Positions 55,890 through 64,000 of a stretch of 64,000 nt of DNA are shown one piece after another. The position numbers and the translations under genes are program-made. Each line of letters starts with the position of its first letter. The first letter of the stretch is position 1. The notes beneath the pieces were generated by a model that saw only the letters and a list, made by a program, of their open reading frames with translations, was not told where the DNA came from and made no database searches. The stretch is from Histomonas meleagridis 2922-C6/04-290x (taxonomy: Eukaryota; Protista; Parabasalia): the NCBI GenBank assembly GCA_020184695.1, contig JAANOX010000153.1, forward strand, positions 930,001 to 994,000, read 5' to 3'.

Positions 55890-55960
55890 ACAATTTTTCT
55901 GAATGCCGATAAATAAAATGACAAATTCAAAAATCGAATTTGATATCAAAAAGTGGAATT

Positions 55961-56327
55961 ATGAAATATGTATCAGAACAAAAAGTAATTGATGTTAATG
56001 CGAAATATATGCATTTTAATAATTTGAAATATGTTTTAATAATTTGAAACAGCACTTTATATAGCAGTTAAAAATAATAATATAGAAATAGTAAAATTAC
56101 TCTTAGATAAAGGAATTGATGTTAATGCAAAATATATTCATATGAATAATTTTATATATGTTTTAATAATTTGGAATATGTTTAAATGATATTTTACTGT
56201 GATTCAAATTGCAAAACAAAAAGGTTTCATAGAAATATTAAATTTACTTCGTGAAAAAAATATAAACAAAAATTCTCAATCAAATTCATCTTTAATCTAC
56301 ATCACATTCAATAAGAAATGGAAATGA
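55961..56327 (+). pseudogene. Truncated ankyrin tail with 40- and 60-nt spacer arrays (locus C)
   Basis: Blocks 55961-56008, 56049-56135, 56196-56327. Spacers 56009-56048 (triplets E,E) and 56136-56195 (Y,G,F). The DUF3447 N-terminus is missing. Confidence 0.75.
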
Positions 56328-56751
56328 AGCATATATGATAATAAGATCAAATGTTCGCAATAAACATTAGAAAGAAAATCACCAAAACAAAAGTTGATAT
56401 AAACATATGAAAATCATCAAAATCACAATATGCATTATCTCATTTTACCTAATACCAAACATAAACACAAAGCAAAATGTAAATACATAAATACAATGAT
56501 ATTATAAAGTGAATTATAAGAAAAACTCCAACAAAAAATGTGTTGGCAATAATGGTAACATTTAATAAATTTTCACAAGGTTTAAACGCTGATTCTCCAA
56601 TCATTTGACTTTCGCATTTAAAAAAGTGGCATTTTGGAGTGCCTGTATAAACGGTCGTTTACCAGACACCTTTAAATAACGATAGAATTTTGAATGAATC
56701 CGACCAACTTGTCTAACCGCCTAGATTGGCGAACGTTATGGTAAATTAACC

Positions 56752-57732
56752 ATGCAGCAAGTCCCGTGCATTGGGGATTACCAAAAAGAAATAGAAGTAG
56801 GAATCGCAATGTTACGAAAAACAATGGAAATTTCAATGAAAGGACAAGAACGTCTTACTTCAAGTCAGGTAGAAAACAAAAGCGATGGATCACCAGTATC
56901 GATTTGTGATTTTGCCTGTCAAATGATGCTCATGAAATCCATTAAAGATGCTTTTCCTAACGACAAAGTATATGCTGAGGAAGATTCTCATCATGATGAA
57001 CATTTTCTCGAAGATGCTATGGCTCTTCTTCCAGAACAATTAGACTTCAAAGAAATTTGTGCCGGGTTACTTAAGTCGGTTCCAAATGATCAACGTGTTT
57101 GGGTTATTGATCCAATTGATGGAACATATGGATTTGTTAAAAATGGAAACTTTGCAATAGCAACAGCTCTCCTCATCCAAAGAGAGGTTGTAGCCTCTGT
57201 TGTTGGGTGGCCACGTCACAAAACAGAATTCACTGGTCTTCCTGATGGTCCACTTATATTTGTTTCAGCTAAAGGTCATGGTGCTTATGCAGTTGATCAA
57301 AATGGCAACTTTCACAAACTTATGAACAATGGTAATGCTAAAAATGCCATTGTTTACTCTGCTGGTGCAACACCATTTGAAAATAATTGCAATGAATATA
57401 TCATTGAAAAGATGAAAATCACAGAGAAAATTCCAATGGTATCAATGACAAAGGGGTTTGTCTTAGCTTCTGGTTATGCAAAGGCATATCTAAGAATTCG
57501 AAATTATGAAGATGAATATGTTTGGGATATTGCACCATTCGAGTTGCTTGTTCGTGAGGCTGGAGGGTTCTCTACAACGTGGGATGGTAAACTGATACAA
57601 TATACCGAAAATGGAATTTGCTATAATTCAAAGAAAGGTCTCATTTTCTCTTTTGTAGACGAAGAGTATCATAAGGAACTTTTGAAGGCATATGCTGAAT
57701 CGTATGAAAAATATTTTGATCTCATAAAATAA
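56752..57732 (+). CDS. 3'(2'),5'-bisphosphate nucleotidase / inositol monophosphatase family (HAL2-like)
   Basis: KSDGSPVSICDF, AEED, WVIDPIDGTYGF, WDIAP...LVREAGG. Confidence 0.88.
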   Translation: MQQVPCIGDYQKEIEVGIAMLRKTMEISMKGQERLTSSQVENKSDGSPVSICDFACQMMLMKSIKDAFPNDKVYAEEDSHHDEHFLEDAMALLPEQLDFKEICAGLLKSVPNDQRVWVIDPIDGTYGFVKNGNFAIATALLIQREVVASVVGWPRHKTEFTGLPDGPLIFVSAKGHGAYAVDQNGNFHKLMNNGNAKNAIVYSAGATPFENNCNEYIIEKMKITEKIPMVSMTKGFVLASGYAKAYLRIRNYEDEYVWDIAPFELLVREAGGFSTTWDGKLIQYTENGICYNSKKGLIFSFVDEEYHKELLKAYAESYEKYFDLIK

Positions 57733-58149
57733 AAATCGAAATTAAACATAATTTTCATAATGTTTTCTTTCAAGAAAAAACTCTGTGAGGACCTTTTTAT
57801 CACGTAATTAAATATGATCATCTTTTGTTTTACTCATTTGTTGAAATGGTTTTATTCATTTAATTTCGAATAGTGTAAAACGACATTAACAAATAAAAAT
57901 TACCAAATAACAGTGAATAAACCAATCAAAAATTTCTCCTTCTAAACCACACAACCTTTATGTTAACACGACTTTTTCAAATAGTTTATTTTTATCTAGA
58001 AAGCTGTAATTTTTTTAGGGTGCACTAGAATATTCTTGTCATTTGACAAGGGTTTGTTTGCATTAAAACTTTTTGTGTTTTTTATTTTAAGTGGCTTTTG
58101 AATCAAAAAAACGTTAAAAAACAACAAAAGAAAAATCCTCCAGCTCCCT

Positions 58150-59595
58150 ATGGAAAACCCTTCAATTTCCCCAAGGGATGGTCGGCAATCTCTTGCATCT
58201 ATATTTAATAAGTGCAATCCTTTAGCTATCAAAAGCAGCAATGGCGTTAAAATTGTTCAACCTGATGTCCGAACACAACTCAAACGTATAAGTGGAAGTA
58301 GCAAACAATTCAGAGTCCAACTACAACCAAAAGTTTTGAGTGCTCCGGCTTTTCCATGCACTCTATCGAAAACATCTACATGTCCAATAAGTGAAATCCC
58401 AATGCTAATCGAATCTGTTGAATCAAAGGAATTTACATTTCAAATTCTACATAATCCTTTATATAATAATGAAAATCCAGCAAGAGCAGAGCGATCTGAT
58501 CTTCAATTATTGGTCGGAATTTTATCAAAACCTGGTGTTGTTAAAACTCTTGACTCTAACACAATCAAAAGGTTGTTTATTCTTATTAAAAAAAACATAA
58601 TCAGAGAAATTAAAGATCCAAAAAAAGAATACATTTACGGTGACTCAGTATTTCCTTTAACTGTGACAAACTGGTATACCCTCAGTCAATTTCACCAACT
58701 TCTTACATCATTAATTTCAAATCTTGATTATGTCATATTAAATCAATACCTTACTCCAAACTTTATTAAGCAACTAATTAGTATGTTTAACTCTCCTGAT
58801 ACCAATGAACAGAATTCTATCGAAACAATTGTCGAAGTTATCTATTCCAAATTATCACAATCCAGATTATCTATTCTTAAGTGTGTATCGACAACAATAA
58901 TATCCTACGTCGATAATGTCCGGTTTTTTTATTGCGTAAATCCATCTCTTAAGTTCCTTAACAGTTATTTCAGATCATTTCGAGATAACTTAACAGAAGA
59001 TCATATCCAAATATACACAGCCATCATTCTCCCGCTATATTCGACTGGTTTTACACCTGAAATCTACAATAACCTTTCGATTGTTTCCAGATTATTTTAT
59101 GAAAAAGTTCCATCGCTTGGAATAAAGACTTTATTTTTCTTGTTAAAGCATTGGCCTTCGACAAGTTCATCGAAATATGTTCTCTTTCTTCGAGAATCAC
59201 TTCAGATTTCACATTATTTGCCAAAAACAAACAACGGTTATTTGAATGCTTATTTGAATACTTTATTCAGAAAAGTGACTGATGCACTAGTTTCAGATAA
59301 TTTTAAAATATGTATTGCAGCTTTAAGAGTTGTTTCTGATTACGACTTTATATCACTTTATTCCAAAGCATTAGAGGTAGTTTTGTCCACATTACTTACA
59401 TTAGTTTTCAGATTGAGTGATCATTGGAATGAATCAGTTCGCGAGTTGGCATCTGATGTCTTATCGATTATATCTAAAATAGATAAAAATGCAAAGACAA
59501 GACAAATGCCAAACATTCCAACGGATGAACCATTAAGCGAGTCATGGGAAATCATAAAAAAAATGGCAATGAAAAACGATCAGACGATTCACTGA
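58150..59595 (+). CDS. PP2A regulatory subunit B' (B56) family
   Basis: FIKQLISMFNSPDTNEQ, LLKHWPSTSSSK, SDNFKICIAAL, HWNESVR. Confidence 0.88.
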   Translation: MENPSISPRDGRQSLASIFNKCNPLAIKSSNGVKIVQPDVRTQLKRISGSSKQFRVQLQPKVLSAPAFPCTLSKTSTCPISEIPMLIESVESKEFTFQILHNPLYNNENPARAERSDLQLLVGILSKPGVVKTLDSNTIKRLFILIKKNIIREIKDPKKEYIYGDSVFPLTVTNWYTLSQFHQLLTSLISNLDYVILNQYLTPNFIKQLISMFNSPDTNEQNSIETIVEVIYSKLSQSRLSILKCVSTTIISYVDNVRFFYCVNPSLKFLNSYFRSFRDNLTEDHIQIYTAIILPLYSTGFTPEIYNNLSIVSRLFYEKVPSLGIKTLFFLLKHWPSTSSSKYVLFLRESLQISHYLPKTNNGYLNAYLNTLFRKVTDALVSDNFKICIAALRVVSDYDFISLYSKALEVVLSTLLTLVFRLSDHWNESVRELASDVLSIISKIDKNAKTRQMPNIPTDEPLSESWEIIKKMAMKNDQTIH

Positions 59596-60323
59596 AATTA
59601 TATTGTTTAAACTTTATCTCATGTATTAATTTTGTTTTTGTTTTGTGCATTTTTGGACACAGTCAAAATTGTATTTGATTTTGGTTTGAGAAGATTTAAA
59701 AATTATTTGTCATCATTATTTATGATCACTATTTCAATTTTTGGTTTTCTTTATCATATCTCCTTTTTTCTTAATAATTGTTTGATGATTTGATAATTTT
59801 TTATTTTTTGAGCAATCATAAATTTAATAAGAGTTGCAAAACATTTTGAAAGTGTATACAAATATGTTTATAATAGAATAATAATGAGTGATTATGAATG
59901 CGTTAGGGGAAATAGGCTAAAGCTTTTGGAAATTATTTTCATGCATAATTTTCAAAGTCAAATTTTCCGAGATCTGGAACTCATATGCTTTTCAAAACAT
60001 TGGAATGATTTCATGTCATATATCAATTTAATTTGCAGCTTTTAAATAAATATTCAATATATTTTTACTTACAATTGCCTTTTTTTGTATTCTTTTTATT
60101 ATTCCCTATGAATTTACACTGTTTCCACATCCAGAGCCGCAGCTCAATTCTCCTTCCATATTAACTTCGAAAGTTATTATAATTATTAATTGATTTACTT
60201 AACACTAACACATTAATGAGATATAAAAAAAGAGCTGCAAAACTTAAAACTTAGAACAAAAATACTATTATTTTGACGAAGAAATCATATAAAAATCAAC
60301 AACTACAAAATTTATATATACAT

Positions 60324-61631
60324 TTATTCAACGTATTCATCCTTAATGAAGTATTTCTTTAAAAAGAAATCAACTTCTTTTCTAACATCTTTTTTCACAT
60401 TTCCATCATCAAAAGAACTCGCAAATTCATCCAAATCACATACGCTCAAAAACTTATCACAGCAATTCATTAAGTCGTTACAACTTTCCGCCAATTGGAA
60501 CACCTTCAACAACACTTTAATTGATATCGAAAGCATTTCATTTTCTTGTGTGTCAATTGCATTCGACAGAACATCGAAAATCGAAATGTCATCATTTGCA
60601 CTATAAAACAAAATCAAATCGGAATACGATGCCAACGAAGCGAACACGTCCAATATACAAAGTATTTGCAGCTTTGTTTTTATCCAAAAGTCATTAAAAT
60701 TCTGGTAAAAAATATACATAATGTTACTGTCGCCAATATTTAAATGCATTAGTTCTTGCGCAATAGTTTTATTCGTCTCAACAATTCCATGTAACGCTAA
60801 CGCAGAAGATAACTGTTCATTTAATGATCGAGAATGAATCACCATGTTTAATATATAATCGAAATTAAACTCAAAACTATAGTTATGGTCATGGCACAAG
60901 AAATATATAATGCGGCAAACAAGTGATTGAGTTTCAATCGGTGGCTTCTCTAAATAAAACGAAAGAAATAAATTAAGTTGTAATTCATGAAATAAACTAA
61001 TATTAAATGAATGTGACTGCAATAAATATATTAAAGTCCATAAGCTACACTTTAAAAATCCTGCGGTACCGGACGGCGACATTTGCATTTTGGAAAAATG
61101 TGAAATAATGATGAGTACATAATTCTCATCCTCGGCATCTAAGGATAATTTAGAAAGATTACGCACACATAAAAGAATTCGTACAATTAAATCTTCATCA
61201 GTAATGGTTATAGATATGTTATAGAAATCTTTGATTGAAAAAAACGATAGAAAATAACTCTGCTGTCTGACAGTCATTGAAAAAGTTAGGTTGTATATAA
61301 CAAAAAGTAGATTTCTATATGAATCGATCGTATCGTTATCAAATCCTTGTTTCAAAAATGAAGCAAACAACCGTAAAAAACTGGGTGTGAGAAATAATTG
61401 ATTAATTAAATCGGATTTTGATGTAAGCACTGTTAAAAAATAAAAGACGCGGAAATAACGTGGGAAATAATCAGGATTTTGAAGGATCTGTAATATTAAT
61501 TTAGGAATTTCATTTTCAACCAAACCAGGGAGCGAATCGAGTTGCAAACCTTCAATCATTGAGGTGATATCTTTGAGAACAAAATCTACATTTGGAATAT
61601 CATTATTGCAATAAAAACCATTTAAAACCAT
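60324..61631 (-). CDS. ARM/HEAT-like helical repeat protein (N-terminus probably extends upstream)
   Basis: 435-aa ORF whose frame stays open about 45 codons upstream of ATG 61631. Confidence 0.65.
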   Translation of the reverse strand: MVLNGFYCNNDIPNVDFVLKDITSMIEGLQLDSLPGLVENEIPKLILQILQNPDYFPRYFRVFYFLTVLTSKSDLINQLFLTPSFLRLFASFLKQGFDNDTIDSYRNLLFVIYNLTFSMTVRQQSYFLSFFSIKDFYNISITITDEDLIVRILLCVRNLSKLSLDAEDENYVLIIISHFSKMQMSPSGTAGFLKCSLWTLIYLLQSHSFNISLFHELQLNLFLSFYLEKPPIETQSLVCRIIYFLCHDHNYSFEFNFDYILNMVIHSRSLNEQLSSALALHGIVETNKTIAQELMHLNIGDSNIMYIFYQNFNDFWIKTKLQILCILDVFASLASYSDLILFYSANDDISIFDVLSNAIDTQENEMLSISIKVLLKVFQLAESCNDLMNCCDKFLSVCDLDEFASSFDDGNVKKDVRKEVDFFLKKYFIKDEYVE

Positions 61632-62354
61632 TATTGCACGAATAATTTCCTCATCTTGCTCAACCTCGTCGGCAGATTTCGTGGATAGGTATCTTTGAAA
61701 TGTGGTATGTTTGGAGGTAGGGTTTTCTTTCTTCAGCTCAGTTGGCTGACAGTCATTTGCCTTTTTTTATTTGTGAGTAAATAATTTGTCATTTTATTTT
61801 CCATTGAATTTGAAACAATTTCCCAAATGGAAAAAAGATCTCCAAAGCATTCCCACAGTAGGAATACAATCATAGAAAAATTTATGTAAATGTGATGATT
61901 TTTTATTTATACATTTCTTTATCAAATAAAATTATTTTTTTTTATTAAGTCAACCGATGTTATCATTCGTTAAGTTAAAATGTATTTCCTTTCATCAAGT
62001 TGTTAATTGTTATTTACAAAATTTCATTGAATCTATTCCATAGAAATAAAATTGTAAATGATTTTACAAAGGCAGTGATCATCCCAACTCGTCTTATTTT
62101 TGATGGGAGATTCATTGGATTATGTAAAACAAAATACATTAAGTAAATTTACATAGTTTTCATATCTGAAATCAAATTCTTGGGGAATAATCAAGTTTCA
62201 AAGGAATGAGGGCATTTTTTGCATGGATTTTAAATCCGGTTTTGACGGCCAACGTATACAAAAGTTCTATTGAAAATCCGGAAAAAATAGAAAATTGAAA
62301 GGGTGTTCAAAAATTTCTTAATTCAAATATTGAATTCGTTATTGTATTCTTTGC

Positions 62355-63026
62355 ATGAAAAAGGAGAAAAATAACGAAACAGGAGCTCTTGTGCACCTTT
62401 TCCGAGGAGAAGGAAACGAAGCTGAGTTGGTAGTTCTTCGAAAGATTTGTATGCGATATGGGATACAGTCATGGGATATAATGCACTACTATCTTCCTTG
62501 GAAAAATAGATCAGAAATAAGATCGACGCTATGTAAGGTGTTAGGGAAGCAAGCCATTAGTGAATTCAGGTCAATAAGGGCTGACCCACTCAAAATATCA
62601 CAGGAAGTAAAAAAAGATTACCAAGAGGGAAGGTCTGATATCGTGAAAAAAGGAGGAATACTAGTAAACCAAAAATGGGATAGATCTCCTGAAGAAAGGG
62701 CTCAAATTCTCAAGGACAATATTGAGAAGTTCGATATGAACGATAAAGAATCTATCGAAATAGATATACCCCCGATTATGAAAGTCAATTTTTTGCAAGA
62801 AAAAACACAGAAACGTAGAATAACAGATATTTTATTCCGAGCAGCTTTGCTTGCTGAAAGAGCCAAGAGGCGCGGAGAACAAATTAATGACCTTAAACTT
62901 GAAAATATTATTGTTGTTCCTGGAAAGAAAGTTTATTATCATACACCGTTTACCGAGTTAAAGTATTCTACAGATGCTTCTTCATTTATATTTGATGTTT
63001 CCAAAAACTTTGATGATTTTGATTAA
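62355..63026 (+). CDS. Myb/SANT-like conserved protein
   Basis: LRKICMRYGIQSWDIMHYYLPWKNRSEIRSTLCKVLGKQAISEF is a Myb-like helix-turn-helix pattern. Confidence 0.55.
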   Translation: MKKEKNNETGALVHLFRGEGNEAELVVLRKICMRYGIQSWDIMHYYLPWKNRSEIRSTLCKVLGKQAISEFRSIRADPLKISQEVKKDYQEGRSDIVKKGGILVNQKWDRSPEERAQILKDNIEKFDMNDKESIEIDIPPIMKVNFLQEKTQKRRITDILFRAALLAERAKRRGEQINDLKLENIIVVPGKKVYYHTPFTELKYSTDASSFIFDVSKNFDDFD

Positions 63027-63382
63027 TTTCAAATAACATAAATATGTATATCTACAATTTTTTGTTTAAATGTGTTTAATACTTTTGATTGATGAAAAAT
63101 GCATTGACACGTAAAAAGAAAGGATGAACTTTGTTAATAAGAAAACATTTAAATGTAGTAGTTTGCTTTAAAAGAGTATTGGTAGTAAAGATTTAAAGAA
63201 GAATTCATTCTTGATGATTGGCTGTATGATTTGTTGGTTGGCTTTACAGTCAAAATGTATTCAATCAATTTTAACAAATTCTGTGCTCAAATTTTTGATT
63301 TACGTTATATGATCACAAAATTGAATGACGTTCCAGAGGTTTAATTGAAAAAAGCCGCATTAACCGAATATTCAAAAGAGAA

Positions 63383-64000
63383 ATGCTCTTCCTTCTTTGC
63401 TCATTTGGGCTCTCCGCCACTGTGACATGGAATGAGCTCCAAAGCAGAAGCAAGTCGACTATTTGCTCAAAATATAATTCCCTCTACAAAGCTAAGCATA
63501 CTGGAAGTTGTCATACAGCTTCATCATCAAAATGCAACATTGGAAAGCATGCCGCTCAAGATTATACTGATGCTCTTAATCGCCTCAATTTCTTCCGTTA
63601 TCTTACAGGACTTTCAACACTCAAGAAGTCAACAAATTCAACTCTTATCAAAGAACAGAATCAAGCCTGTCTCATAATGGAAACCAACAATGTGTTTTCA
63701 CATAGCCTTTCCTCATCTCTTTCTTGCTATACTAAAGGTGGTGGTTTAGCAGCCAGTAAATCTAACATCTATTGGCATTCAAGAGCAGCATGCGCCAGTG
63801 CTTCAATCAACAGCTACATGAATGATAATGGTGTTGATAGCCTTGGTCATCGTCGTTGGTTATTACTTCCCACATTAAGTGAACTTGCAGTTGGTGTTGT
63901 TGGTCATTATTCCGCACTTCGTGTCATGCAATTCCCACGCACGTCCACATCCTCTCCGAAATTCATTGCATATCCACCACCAGGACCTGTTCCATCTGAT
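63383..64000 (+). CDS. Secreted CAP/SCP-domain protein, bacterial-like (runs off the window)
   Basis: Signal peptide MLFLLCSFGLSA, then ALNRLNFFRYLTGL, FSH, SLGHRRWLL, FIAYPPPG. Open for 206 codons to the window end and absent from the ORF track. Confidence 0.8.
   Translation, partial: MLFLLCSFGLSATVTWNELQSRSKSTICSKYNSLYKAKHTGSCHTASSSKCNIGKHAAQDYTDALNRLNFFRYLTGLSTLKKSTNSTLIKEQNQACLIMETNNVFSHSLSSSLSCYTKGGGLAASKSNIYWHSRAACASASINSYMNDNGVDSLGHRRWLLLPTLSELAVGVVGHYSALRVMQFPRTSTSSPKFIAYPPPGPVPSD

Noticed and set aside
63432-63677. 81-aa ORF in the track
   Set aside because: Alternate frame of the CAP-domain gene starting at 63383.

Overview
AT-rich, gene-dense eukaryotic DNA that is most likely from a parabasalid (Tritrichomonas/Trichomonas-like). 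This is inferred from near-intronless genes, DUF3447-type ankyrin, BspA and TmcB-like families, and recurring AAAAGTG(A/G)C and CCGTT/AACGG motifs upstream of starts. About 35 genes and several remnants are present, including NSUN2, PDCD2, a CENP-C-motif protein, NAC-alpha, Vps33, UPF3, a cyclin, CLASP, ABCA, an adjacent AdoMetDC plus spermidine synthase pair, PP2A-B56 and a CAP-domain protein. No rRNA, tRNA or CRISPR array was found. Main discovery: in three ankyrin loci (15111-17151 minus, 23723-26111 minus, 55961-56327 plus) each intact ~30-codon ankyrin repeat is followed by an AT-rich spacer of 80 nt (one 83, two 60, one 40). Each spacer parses into 20-nt units of a 17-nt T-rich segment plus one triplet. 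Joining only the triplets rebuilds the missing beta-hairpin of each repeat (e.g. KD-KDGE-TAL, KD-NDGK-TAL, KN-DDGD-TAL), with no stop in 52 triplets and Gly at the ankyrin consensus position in 9 of 13 arrays that have three or more units. This looks like single-codon micro-exons separated by non-GT-AG 17-nt elements; the removal mechanism is unknown and no expression data are available here.
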